A stretch of 45,110 nucleotides of DNA from Candidatus Spechtbacteria bacterium RIFCSPLOWO2_12_FULL_38_22. GTDB taxonomy: Bacteria; Patescibacteriota; Minisyncoccia; Spechtbacterales; 2-12-FULL-38-22. Below are positions 26,784 to 35,743 of the stretch, piece by piece. The stretch lies in assembly GCA_001820055.1 (NCBI GenBank), contig MHOK01000022.1:1-45110 (forward strand). The letters are read 5' to 3'. The notes under the pieces are model-generated. The model was not told where the DNA came from. It saw only the letters and a program-made list of their open reading frames with translations, and ran no database searches. Within the stretch, counting starts at the first letter, position 1; each line of letters begins with the position of its first letter. The position numbers and the translations under genes are program-made.

Positions 26784-26879
26784 CTTCGACTCGCTTTGCT
26801 CGCTCAGTGCAAGCTACTTCGACAAAGCTTGCCCGGAGTTTGCCGAGTCCAAATGTATTGTTATTGGAGTAAACAACAA

Positions 26880-26957
26880 GGCTGGGTAGCTCAGGCGGTT
26901 AAGAGCAGTACCCTCATAAAGTACAGGTCGTGGGTTCGAGTCCCACCCCAGCCACCA
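26880..26957 (+). tRNA. tRNA(CAT), either elongator Met or Ile2 (lysidine)
   Basis: GGCTGGG TA GCTC AGGCGGTTAA GAGC A GTACC CTCATAA AGTAC AGGTC GTGGG TTCGAGT CCCAC CCCAGCC A CCA. CCA is encoded. Confidence 0.88.
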
Positions 26958-26959
26958 AT

Positions 26960-27034
26960 GCGGGCGTAGCTCAGTTTGGTTAGAGCGCTTCCCTGTCACG
27001 GAGGAGGTCGCCGGTTCAAGTCCGGTCGCCCGCG
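26960..27034 (+). tRNA. tRNA-Asp(GTC)
   Basis: GCGGGCG TA GCTC AGTTTGGTTA GAGC G CTTCC CTGTCAC GGAGG AGGTC GCCGG TTCAAGT CCGGT CGCCCGC G. Confidence 0.9.
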
Positions 27035-27041
27035 CAAATAC

Positions 27042-27069
27042 AAAAGACACCCAATCTTGGGTGTCTTTT
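27042..27069. terminator. Bidirectional terminator (tRNA operon and the convergent minus-strand operon)
   Basis: AAAAGACACCC-AATCTT-GGGTGTCTTTT. Confidence 0.75.
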
Positions 27070-27085
27070 GTATTACCAGAAAACT

Positions 27086-27622
27086 CTATTCCATTCCAAA
27101 TTCTCTAAAAATTTTTTTATAAATATCGATTGTGCGTAGTACCGCTTGACGACTCAACTCATAATTGGGGTCATGAGCTAAAAAATTGCGTACCTTATGA
27201 ACTCGCCATGCCTCATCTAGATATGGAAACTGTCCAGGGCGTATATTTTTCATCCTATCACCCATCGTATCCCCCTTATATCCAAGTGCCTGTATAAGTT
27301 GGTCTAAAATAGAATCTGCTTCAATTATCGCCAGTTTCCAATCAGAAACATAATTTGACTGCAATTTTAAGTCCACTCTACTTAAGTTAGAAAAAACATC
27401 TTTTGTGGATATATTATCTGAACGAAACGCTTTTTGTACATTTCCTACTTTAGATTTTATAGTTTCTGTTTTTACTAATAACCTAATCCACAGTATCAAA
27501 AATAATGCAGAGATAACTGCGCTAAAAAGTTGAATTATTACAATGGGCCTAGAATATAAAATTCCGTCTAATATTTCTATAACGTCCTCCAGGGACCGCA
27601 AAAATAAATCAACTAAGCTCAT
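27086..27622 (-). CDS. Membrane-anchored protein with a C-terminal HEPN-like (DUF4145-like) RNxxxH motif
   Basis: One TM helix (IVIIQLFSAVISALFLILWIRLL). C-terminal WRVHKVRNFLAHDPNYE matches the Rx4-6H motif. Confidence 0.5.
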   Translation of the reverse strand: MSLVDLFLRSLEDVIEILDGILYSRPIVIIQLFSAVISALFLILWIRLLVKTETIKSKVGNVQKAFRSDNISTKDVFSNLSRVDLKLQSNYVSDWKLAIIEADSILDQLIQALGYKGDTMGDRMKNIRPGQFPYLDEAWRVHKVRNFLAHDPNYELSRQAVLRTIDIYKKIFREFGME

Positions 27623-27631
27623 ATTTTTTTA

Positions 27632-29062
27632 TTAATTACCAACTGCTTTTTCGTACGCCCGTGCAACGTCCAGTACAAAGAAGTCTCTTTTTTGTGGACC
27701 GGTTATCTGCATACCAACTGGAAGATTTTTGCCTTCTTCCTTTATTATACCAATGGGTATTGAAATTGCAGGAACTCCTGCCAAATTTGCGTTTACTGTA
27801 TAAATATCGCTCAAATACATCTCAAGTGGATTTTTGGTTTTTTCACCGAATTTAAAAGGTAAAGTTGGAGTAGTTGGAGAAATAATTACATCCACCTTGG
27901 CAAATGCATTCTCGTAGTCTTTCTTTATAAGAGTGCGTACCTTTTGAGCTTTTAAATAGTAAGCATCGTAATACCCCGCAGACAAAGTATATGTTCCAAG
28001 CATAATACGACGCAAAACTTCCTTGCCAAAACCTTTACCCCTAAGTTCCGCATAGTCCTCTATTAAACTTTTCTCTGTATCTTGAACCAAATGTGTTCCA
28101 TATCTTATACCATCAAATTTTGCTAAATTACTAGAAACTTCTGCAGGCATAATAATATAGTAAGCAGCAAGTCCAAAATCTGCATATGGAAGACTTAATT
28201 CTTCTACGCTGGCTCCCATTTTCTTATAAACATCAACAGCCTCGTATATTTTATCTCGTATACGATTATCTAAGCCCTCTCCAAAATTTTCCTTAATTAT
28301 ACCTATACGTAAATTTTCTATATTAAACTTATTTTTAGGTTTATCTATCTCCCGCGAAGTCGAATCCATTACATCCTTCCCGATTAAACACGAAAAAACC
28401 AATGTGGCATCATCTACTGTTTGGGTAAAAACTCCTATCTGGTCTAGAGAAGAAGCCATGGCTATAAGTCCGTATCTAGAAACCGCACCATAGCTTGGCT
28501 TAAAACCAACAACCCCACAAAACGCAGCCGGCTGACGAATACTGCCTCCGGTATCTGATCCCAACGCAAATGGCGCAAGGTCTGCCGCTACGGCTACCGC
28601 AGATCCGCCACTTGATCCACCCGGAACACGAGATACATCATGAGGATTAGAACTTGGCCCAAATGCAGAGTTTTCAGTTGAAGAACCCATGGCAAATTCA
28701 TCCATATTAGTTTTTCCTAAAACCAAAGCTCCAACATTACGTAATTTAGAAACCACCGCAGAATCATACCCTCCATTATAATTTTCTAATATCATACTGC
28801 CTGCAGTTGTGGGCATATTCTCAACTAAGATATTATCTTTCAAGGCATAAGGAACTCCATACAAGGGTTGGGTTTTAAAATTTATATCAGAATGATTTTT
28901 GTCCGCAATTTTAGCTTCTTTTTTTATTCCTTCTTCGTTTACATACAAAAAACTATGCAGTTGTTTATCTTTTTTTTTGATATTCCCCAAATAAAAATCT
29001 GCTAATTCCAGACAGCTTATTTCTTTGCTCTGTATTTTTTGTAAGACTTGTTTAAGGGTCAT
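27632..29062 (-). CDS. gatA: Glu/Asp-tRNA amidotransferase subunit A
   Basis: Amidase signature GGSSGGSAVAVA, 476 aa. Confidence 0.95.
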   Translation of the reverse strand: MTLKQVLQKIQSKEISCLELADFYLGNIKKKDKQLHSFLYVNEEGIKKEAKIADKNHSDINFKTQPLYGVPYALKDNILVENMPTTAGSMILENYNGGYDSAVVSKLRNVGALVLGKTNMDEFAMGSSTENSAFGPSSNPHDVSRVPGGSSGGSAVAVAADLAPFALGSDTGGSIRQPAAFCGVVGFKPSYGAVSRYGLIAMASSLDQIGVFTQTVDDATLVFSCLIGKDVMDSTSREIDKPKNKFNIENLRIGIIKENFGEGLDNRIRDKIYEAVDVYKKMGASVEELSLPYADFGLAAYYIIMPAEVSSNLAKFDGIRYGTHLVQDTEKSLIEDYAELRGKGFGKEVLRRIMLGTYTLSAGYYDAYYLKAQKVRTLIKKDYENAFAKVDVIISPTTPTLPFKFGEKTKNPLEMYLSDIYTVNANLAGVPAISIPIGIIKEEGKNLPVGMQITGPQKRDFFVLDVARAYEKAVGN

Positions 29063-29376
29063 ACTTTTTTTCCGAATACACTTTTAACCTTCACAAAGTT
29101 GCCTTCAGAAAAGGGCACTAGCTTCACTAATATTTTTGCAAGCCCTGTTCTTTGTTTTGCTTCCCCCTCGTATTGTTTATCCAGCCTAAAAACACTGTTT
29201 ATGCCCGATATGTTGCCCACAACTTCCACACCTTTGGTATCTAGCTTATTTAGCTGTTCAACATAATTTAAAATACCGGAAATTTCCAAAGAATAATATT
29301 CCAGATTTTTATCATCTATTTTTAATCGGGAAAGTTCTGCTATTTTTTTAACTTCTTTCTTTGATAATTTCAACAT
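29059..29376 (-). CDS. gatC: Glu/Asp-tRNA amidotransferase subunit C
   Basis: 105 aa. KIAELSRLKI... pattern and a 4-nt overlap with gatA. Confidence 0.85.
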   Translation of the reverse strand: MLKLSKKEVKKIAELSRLKIDDKNLEYYSLEISGILNYVEQLNKLDTKGVEVVGNISGINSVFRLDKQYEGEAKQRTGLAKILVKLVPFSEGNFVKVKSVFGKKV

Positions 29377-29383
29377 AGTTAAG

Positions 29384-31408
29384 TTATTCTATCATATTTA
29401 AAAACTCTTTTTCGCTAACTATTTTTACATCTAACTTCCTTGCTTTTTCGTACTTACTACCCGGATTTTCTCCCGCAACCACATAGTCCGTGTTACTGGA
29501 AACTGAACTTGAAACACTCCCGCCAAGCGCTCTAATTTTTTCTTCTGACTCGTCTCGTGTTAATTTTTGCAAAGTTCCTGTTAAAACAAACTTTTTGCCT
29601 TTCAGTTTTATGCCTAATCGTCTTGGAGAAACAACTTCTACACCCAGCTTAAGCAACTTTTCTATAAACTGCTTGTTGTCTTTATTCTGAAGCCAGTTGT
29701 ATAGTTCTTCCGATACCACCTCCCCCACTCCTTCTACTTCTTTTAACTCCAACAACTTCGCTTTTGTGAATGCTTCCAAACTACCAAAGTAATTTGCTAA
29801 ATCAATAGCAGTTTCCTCTCCTACGTGTAAAATCCCAAGCGCATTTATAAAACGCGCAAGAAAAATTCTTTTACTTTTTTTAATTGCCTCAATCAAATTC
29901 TGGGAAGATTTTTCTTGAAATCCATCCAATTGTAAAAAATCTTCTTGTTTAAGCGTGAACAAATCCGCAGGATCTGAAATAAGCCTATTTTCCATTAAAG
30001 CATCTATAATTCGGGGACCCAAACCTTCAATATCAAAAACCTGCCTACTTGCAAAATAATATATATTCTCTAGCCGGCGCGATAAGCAATTTTTATTTGT
30101 ACAACGCAGTATAACTTCTCCTAGTTTCTTGCTTAATACGGTTCTACATTCCGGACAAAGATGGGGCGCCTTAATTTTTAGAGCGCTAGACGGACGTAAA
30201 TTTTTTATAACCCCCACCACTTTGGGTATAACATCTCCCGCACGTTCCACAATTACCGTATCTCCTATCCTCACATCTAGTCTTTTTATTTCGTCGAAAT
30301 TATGCAATGTAGCGTGGCGCACGATAACACCTCCAACTTTTACAGGATTCATGACAGCAAGCGGCGTTACGGCTCCTGTGCGACCAACCTGTATTTTTAT
30401 AGCTTCCACAATAGTTGTGGTTTGTTTTGGAGAAAATTTTAAGGCCCTAATGCCTCTTGGGCTCTTACCGGCAACACCTAAATCTTCAAAAATCTTATTT
30501 TCATTTACACTAACTACGACTCCATCAATTTGGTATGGTATGCTATCCCTTTTTTCTCTCATCTTGCTCCAATAACTACTCGCACAACTTATATCCGAAC
30601 ACTTTTTTGCAGTATTGTCTGTCTTAAAGCCAAGCGCGTCTAAAACTTTATGCTCTTGTGCATGCTCTCTAATTTCCTGGCTATCAAATATAATATCGTA
30701 AGCTAAAAAAGATAAGGGGCGAGAAGATGTTAATTGAGAGTTTAACTGCCTCATACTTCCTGCCGCTAAATTTCTAGGATTTGCATAGGGCTCTTCGCCT
30801 TGTTTTTTTCTTCGTTTATTCAATATATCAAAATCTTTTTTTTCTATATAAACTTCACCTCTAATTTCTATATCGCCATTTAATATCTTATCCGCTAACA
30901 ACTTGCTACTTATATTTTTAAAAAAAAATAATTTAAGAGGAATACTTTCTATTGTGCGAGCATTAGCTAAAACACTTTCTCCAACCCGCCCATTACCACG
31001 AGTTACAGCTTCTACTAAAATCCCTGCTTTGTACTTAAGGGCTAAAGCTAGCCCATCTACTTTGGCTTCACAAAAATAGGTAAAATTACTATTATCAGAA
31101 AATTTTAAAAGATAACCGCCCCAAGAATTTAACTCTTCCTCGGTAAATATATCCTCTATTGATAGCATCGGCACTAAATGCTCTATTTTCTCAAATTGTT
31201 CCAATGGCTCACCTGCCACGCGCTGTGTGGGGGAATCAGAAGTCACAAGATCTGGATAAGTATCCTCAAGAACTTTTAACTCGTGCTTAAGAGAATCTAA
31301 TGCTTCTTCCGAAATAGTAGCCCTATTAAGTACGTGATAATTATAACGGTGAAGATTTATCGTTTCTTTTAGTTTTTCTACTCGCTGTTTAACTTTTTGA
31401 TTTTGCAT
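29384..31408 (-). CDS. ligA: NAD-dependent DNA ligase
   Basis: Adenylation motif CEAKVDGLA, a Zn finger (CPEC...C..C), HhH repeats and a BRCT tail. Confidence 0.95.
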   Translation of the reverse strand: MQNQKVKQRVEKLKETINLHRYNYHVLNRATISEEALDSLKHELKVLEDTYPDLVTSDSPTQRVAGEPLEQFEKIEHLVPMLSIEDIFTEEELNSWGGYLLKFSDNSNFTYFCEAKVDGLALALKYKAGILVEAVTRGNGRVGESVLANARTIESIPLKLFFFKNISSKLLADKILNGDIEIRGEVYIEKKDFDILNKRRKKQGEEPYANPRNLAAGSMRQLNSQLTSSRPLSFLAYDIIFDSQEIREHAQEHKVLDALGFKTDNTAKKCSDISCASSYWSKMREKRDSIPYQIDGVVVSVNENKIFEDLGVAGKSPRGIRALKFSPKQTTTIVEAIKIQVGRTGAVTPLAVMNPVKVGGVIVRHATLHNFDEIKRLDVRIGDTVIVERAGDVIPKVVGVIKNLRPSSALKIKAPHLCPECRTVLSKKLGEVILRCTNKNCLSRRLENIYYFASRQVFDIEGLGPRIIDALMENRLISDPADLFTLKQEDFLQLDGFQEKSSQNLIEAIKKSKRIFLARFINALGILHVGEETAIDLANYFGSLEAFTKAKLLELKEVEGVGEVVSEELYNWLQNKDNKQFIEKLLKLGVEVVSPRRLGIKLKGKKFVLTGTLQKLTRDESEEKIRALGGSVSSSVSSNTDYVVAGENPGSKYEKARKLDVKIVSEKEFLNMIE

Positions 31409-31412
31409 ATTA

Positions 31413-31832
31413 CTAAAAATTCGCCTCCATGGCCCTATTTGCTTCCTTTAGTCTTCCTATGGAACGAACACATTTATTTGCCGCGCTACACCACTCAAAA
31501 GAAAAATCTAATACAACAACCTCATAAGTAGCGCTGTTGTCCATTTCTGTAACCGTAATCTCACATTCAGCGGGCGGACCACTTGTTGTACAGCTTGCAA
31601 AGTCTCCATTTGCTCTTATTTTATACAAAGCCCTCTCAATACCTGAATCGGCCGCATATATTGCAGGAATGAACTTGCCCACATCCCTTGATATTTTAAG
31701 TTGGCCCAATAATAAGCTGGCTATGCCAAACCCAATAGTAAAAACCGCACTCAAAACCAATATACTCAAATAAAGGGCAACGCCATCTTTGGCTTTTAAC
31801 CTGCGGTTTATAATTTTTAGTATTTTTTTCAT
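31413..31832 (-). CDS. Pilus-associated membrane protein (PilX-like minor component, inferred)
   Basis: N-terminal TM helix (VALYLSILVLSAVFTIGFGIASLLLG) and its position at the end of the pseudopilin block. There is no prepilin cleavage motif. Confidence 0.4.
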   Translation of the reverse strand: MKKILKIINRRLKAKDGVALYLSILVLSAVFTIGFGIASLLLGQLKISRDVGKFIPAIYAADSGIERALYKIRANGDFASCTTSGPPAECEITVTEMDNSATYEVVVLDFSFEWCSAANKCVRSIGRLKEANRAMEANF

Positions 31833-31855
31833 TTTTTTGATGATTGACTAGCTCA

Positions 31856-32404
31856 TTATTTCCAATCATACAAATGGTTTTCTGCAGTAATTTCACGAGA
31901 ATCCCAGTCAACTGTTACACTAACCTGTACATAATCTATACCTTCTGCATCCACCTGATTGGATATACCGACGGTTCTAAAGAAATTTGTCGCGTCCCCC
32001 AAGGTATTGTGACTGTACTTTGTACCGTCCCAGTATAATCTATGACTAGCACAAAGACTTAAACTAGCGCTGTTATAATCTACACAGTATTCCCCCGCAG
32101 ACAACCCAGTATCATAAACTTCTTCTTCAATCCAGTTGCTGTCCCTTATATTTCTTACAACTTCCAAAGCCTCCTGCGCTAAATTTGCTGCAATAACAGA
32201 TTGTTTAAAAGTGCGAATAGTGCCTAAGCTACTAGAAATAACCCCAATAATTGCTAGAGTGCCCATGGTCAAAACAAACATTGAAACCACAACCTCTATC
32301 AATGTGAAACCCCCCAAACTAGCTTTTAGTTTATCCTCCTTCGCCCAAGGCTTCGGAAGGACGCGGTAGCTTTCAGGTTGTAGTTTTTTGATTTTCTTTT
32401 TCAT
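31856..32404 (-). CDS. Type IV minor pilin/pseudopilin with a long leader peptide
   Basis: Prepilin motif G/FTLIEVVVSM after a 31-aa leader (MKKKIKKLQPESYRVLPKPWAKEDKLKASLG). Confidence 0.75.
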   Translation of the reverse strand: MKKKIKKLQPESYRVLPKPWAKEDKLKASLGGFTLIEVVVSMFVLTMGTLAIIGVISSSLGTIRTFKQSVIAANLAQEALEVVRNIRDSNWIEEEVYDTGLSAGEYCVDYNSASLSLCASHRLYWDGTKYSHNTLGDATNFFRTVGISNQVDAEGIDYVQVSVTVDWDSREITAENHLYDWK

Positions 32405-32463
32405 CGTATTTAGTAGTCGCGTGTCTGTATTGCTACAAACTACCGGCTACAACCTACAAACTA
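32380..32463 (-). repeat. 84-nt repeated pseudopilin leader block, copy X
   Basis: About 75 of 84 positions are identical by eye to 33669-33752. It covers the spacer plus the first 8 codons (MKKKIKKL) and contains repeated GTTTGTAG units. Confidence 0.85.
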
Positions 32464-33021
32464 ATTTATGTCTAACTCTCTTGTGCTGACTGTTGTTTGA
32501 ATATTTAATTGAACCCCTTGGCTCTCAGCGCTCTTACCCGCACCACTAGCACTAATTACCATCGTAACCCTTGGCTGTTCTGGATCAGAATTTTGCTCAC
32601 CTTGAACCAAAAAACTCAAGCTATCTATCTTTACGATGGTGTTATCAGTGAGAGCTATCTCTCCGGAAGGAGTGGTTGTATTCTCGTATACTAAGGCGCC
32701 AAAAGAAAGAAAAAAACTTATACAATCAAGGCTGGAATTAATAAAAGATATTTGTGACCCCTGAGTATTAAATGTCGAATTTATTGGTATGCAAACTCCT
32801 GCTGTATCACGTTTTGCAACACGCATTTGGCGCGACATAAACTCCAAAGCAAAATTTATATTTTCTGACATGGCTTTCTCTGTCAGGACCACTCTCTGAG
32901 CTTTAATTGCTACTAAAAAAGCACCTATTGTTACGCTAATCACCACAGTAAAAATTCCCATGGCAACAATCGTCTCTAGTAAGGAAAAACCATCAGATTT
33001 ACGCTTGTTCACTTTATTCAT
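32461..33021 (-). CDS. Type IV minor pilin/pseudopilin
   Basis: Prepilin motif DG/FSLLETIVAMGIF. Confidence 0.75.
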   Translation of the reverse strand: MNKVNKRKSDGFSLLETIVAMGIFTVVISVTIGAFLVAIKAQRVVLTEKAMSENINFALEFMSRQMRVAKRDTAGVCIPINSTFNTQGSQISFINSSLDCISFFLSFGALVYENTTTPSGEIALTDNTIVKIDSLSFLVQGEQNSDPEQPRVTMVISASGAGKSAESQGVQLNIQTTVSTRELDIN

Positions 33022-33039
33022 AAAAATTTTAATAACTAA

Positions 33040-33693
33040 CTATTGTTGCACCCTAGCAATTCCTAATTTATTTACAAAAATATGTATAACTCTATCTTCA
33101 GAATCGCGTAATGTTACCTGCGCCTCATTGCCAGCTAAAGACGGTTCAAATAGAGTTCTTGGGTCTGGGGGTAAAAATGTAATTACAAGCTGACATGGCG
33201 TACCACTACATGGATTTAGTGTACTTACGGTTATATCCTTTTCTAAAGTAACTGTGGACACTTTTTCCCCATAAGGTGTGGCAACGGTTGCACCTTCGCA
33301 CGACGCAGAACCCCCTGAAGCATCAAAAGACTGGTTAGAGTTACAATCTGCAAAAATTATAATGTCCTGTGAATTCTGTTCTAAAAATAACCCAAACCCC
33401 CCCGGACTTACTGAATCACCGTGCAACTTGCCCGCCAAAGAGTTGCTTACAGCTTCTGAAATTGCCTGAGTGACTCTATGAGCCGCCCTTTGGATGGCTA
33501 AGTTTTTTTCACCTTGTCTAAAATTCAAAAAAATTATTCCAGAAATCATAATCGTAATACCCATTAAAACAGTTAACTCTATCAGGGTAAAACCTTTACT
33601 AATGCGTAGTAAGCCCGCCTGCCGGTCGGGCAGGTAGTGAGCCTGCCTGCCGGTCGAGCAGGTAGTAAGTAGTTTTTTAATTTTCTTTTTCAT
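33040..33693 (-). CDS. Type IV minor pilin/pseudopilin with a repeat-containing leader peptide
   Basis: KG/FTLIELTVLMGI after a 35-aa leader. The ATG at 33693 is chosen because the upstream block is shared with the 32404 gene. Confidence 0.75.
   Translation of the reverse strand: MKKKIKKLLTTCSTGRQAHYLPDRQAGLLRISKGFTLIELTVLMGITIMISGIIFLNFRQGEKNLAIQRAAHRVTQAISEAVSNSLAGKLHGDSVSPGGFGLFLEQNSQDIIIFADCNSNQSFDASGGSASCEGATVATPYGEKVSTVTLEKDITVSTLNPCSGTPCQLVITFLPPDPRTLFEPSLAGNEAQVTLRDSEDRVIHIFVNKLGIARVQQ
33606..33672 (-). repeat. 2.4 x 28-nt GC-rich tandem hairpin repeat inside the prepilin leader
   Basis: GTAGTAAGCCCGCCTGCCGGTCGGGCAG followed by GTAGTGAGCCTGCCTGCCGGTCGAGCAG followed by GTAGTAAGTAG. 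Each unit contains CCTGCC...GGCAGG-type pairing. Confidence 0.9.
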
Positions 33694-33752
33694 CGTATTT
33701 AGTGATTGTATGTCTGTATTGCTACAAACTTCCAACTACAACCTACAAACTA
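33669..33752 (-). repeat. 84-nt repeated pseudopilin leader block, copy Y
   Basis: See 32380-32463. Confidence 0.85.
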
Positions 33753-33759
33753 GTTATTG

Positions 33760-34587
33760 CTATAACAATAACGAAAAATACCAATCTATAATACCTTGCC
33801 CCCAAAATAAAGCTACGTATGTTCCAAGTACTAAAAATGGGCCAAATGGAATCTGACTTTTTAATTTTTTTCCTTTAGTTAAAATTAAAATTACACCCAT
33901 TATGCCTCCGGCTACAAAGGCTACAAACAAAGCAACCAGTGCATTGTGCAAACCTAGTAATAAACCCATAAAAAACGCTAATTTCACATCTCCAAAACCC
34001 ATCCATGTGCCCCTGGACAAAAAATGTAAAGCGGCAAAGGGAAGCGCTACCAGCAGGGCGACTGCTATAGAAGCCAAAACAGTTTGTGGATTTCCAATCC
34101 CAATCCCCCAACCCGCGAACCAATTTTTAAACAAATTTGAGCTACCGAGAGACCAAAAATCTAAAAATCTAAAAATTAGTACCAAAACAACTATGGGAAC
34201 TAAAACTAAATCAGGAATTATAAAATGTTTTAAATCGTATACAAATATAACGATTAACCCACTAAGAATACTCCATAAAAATAATGTTTCCCATATAAAC
34301 TGATAACCCACATTGTTTGAAGCTTGTAGAAATAACAATGCAGTTACTATTTCCACAATTGGATACTGCCATGATATTTTATCACCACACCCCCTACACC
34401 TTCGTTTTTGTACGATAAAACTAACGATAGGAATTAATTCGTACCATTTTAATACTTTTTTACAGTGTGGGCAGTATGATCTTTTTTTTACGATGTCTTC
34501 TTTAGCGTACAGTCTATTTATTACTACATTCAAAAAACTGCCTGTTATAAGACCCAGCAAAAAACCTTTTACTAAAAAAAGATGCAT
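33760..34587 (-). CDS. pilD: Prepilin peptidase (A24 family)
   Basis: CPHCKKVLKWYELIPIVSF, the GFGDVKL aspartyl motif and multiple TM helices. Confidence 0.9.
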   Translation of the reverse strand: MHLFLVKGFLLGLITGSFLNVVINRLYAKEDIVKKRSYCPHCKKVLKWYELIPIVSFIVQKRRCRGCGDKISWQYPIVEIVTALLFLQASNNVGYQFIWETLFLWSILSGLIVIFVYDLKHFIIPDLVLVPIVVLVLIFRFLDFWSLGSSNLFKNWFAGWGIGIGNPQTVLASIAVALLVALPFAALHFLSRGTWMGFGDVKLAFFMGLLLGLHNALVALFVAFVAGGIMGVILILTKGKKLKSQIPFGPFLVLGTYVALFWGQGIIDWYFSLLL

Positions 34588-34656
34588 ATACTACTTAGTA
34601 TAACAAAAATTCTCCCGTCTGAGCAGGAGAATTCTTGTTATTTTTGAATTTACTGT

Positions 34657-35133
34657 TTATGGTTGTACGCAATAGGCAGGATCGTCACAGTTGCATCCAA
34701 ATACAGTACCGTCAACATCTGTATCTAAAGCCGCATCCCCCGTATCTTCAAGTATTCCCATTAAAACATAGTTCGTTGCAGCATCTTGGTTTGCGCCATA
34801 AGAATAATTCTGACCAGCGCTAGGATCTGAAACTCCTGTCATTCCAATAACATCTAGTAAGTCTCCCGCTCCTTCTGCTGTAGCACATGTTGTACCCTCT
34901 GTCATTACAGCTGCTAAATCGTCGTCATCTGGGTACTGACCATTGTCATCAAAATAAATTTCCATAGCTAATTGAGCATTTCGTAGGTTACCCACTCGTT
35001 GTGTATCGCGCGCGGATGTTCTTGCGTCGTTTAACGAAACAAGCACTATAGCAGCTAAAATACCTATTATGGCAATAACAATCAAAAGCTCAATCAATGT
35101 AAAACCTCTAGACTTATTTAATATTTTTTTCAT
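34657..35133 (-). CDS. Type IV pilin
   Basis: Short leader [29 protein letters not shown]. Acidic C-terminal domain containing Cys pairs. Confidence 0.88.
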   Translation of the reverse strand: MKKILNKSRGFTLIELLIVIAIIGILAAIVLVSLNDARTSARDTQRVGNLRNAQLAMEIYFDDNGQYPDDDDLAAVMTEGTTCATAEGAGDLLDVIGMTGVSDPSAGQNYSYGANQDAATNYVLMGILEDTGDAALDTDVDGTVFGCNCDDPAYCVQP

Positions 35134-35190
35134 ACTACTTAATTTTTAAATTTTTCTTAAAAAGAACGACCTTTATTTATTTTATAAAGA

Positions 35191-35649
35191 TTATGGACAA
35201 TTTGTTGATCCACTAGCCATATGACCAAATCCGGTTTCTGAAGCATATACCATTTCCTCTCCCGTATCCCCAACTTCAAGCGTTGCGTATACACAAAAAG
35301 TTTGATCATCTGCAGTATTGTCTACCCACGTATAACTAGAACCTGATTGTGGATCGTTGGGCATATTGCTTGCAGCAATGTACGTACCAATACCTCCTGT
35401 ATCTGCTGCCGTATAATTGGCATATGTAACATATGCTTCCGCACCCCCACAGGCAGTATCACCATAACACAACTCCATTGCTGTTTGTATGTTTCGTACA
35501 TCTCCCTCTCGTTTTACATCTCGCGCAGTTTGGCGTGGTCCCTGAAGAGCAACCACTACGATAGACGCCAACAACCCAATAATAGCTATAACAACTAAAA
35601 GCTCGATAAGTGTAAAACCCCTAAGCTTATTGTTGAACATATTTATCAT
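35191..35649 (-). CDS. Type IV pilin
   Basis: [30 protein letters not shown]. Confidence 0.88.
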   Translation of the reverse strand: MINMFNNKLRGFTLIELLVVIAIIGLLASIVVVALQGPRQTARDVKREGDVRNIQTAMELCYGDTACGGAEAYVTYANYTAADTGGIGTYIAASNMPNDPQSGSSYTWVDNTADDQTFCVYATLEVGDTGEEMVYASETGFGHMASGSTNCP

Positions 35650-35743
35650 ATTTTTAGTTTAATATTTAATAATTTTAGCATTATCAACTTTTATTATACC
35701 ATGTCATAAAAGAGCTTGCTGGTAATTATTATCCACAAGTATT

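Noticed and set aside
26661-27050. Track ORFs 26661-26969 (plus strand) and 26814-27050 (minus strand)
   Set aside because: They run through tRNA genes and the GC-rich inter-tRNA spacer. Their openness is due to GC-richness.
33694-33735. N-terminal extensions of the track ORFs for the pseudopilin (33735), pheS (23652), thyX (16030), dCMP deaminase (17756), dut (17215) and pilM (42436)
   Set aside because: The upstream codons overlap promoters, repeats or neighbouring genes, or begin at TTG. Internal ATGs give canonical N-termini or ATGA coupling.
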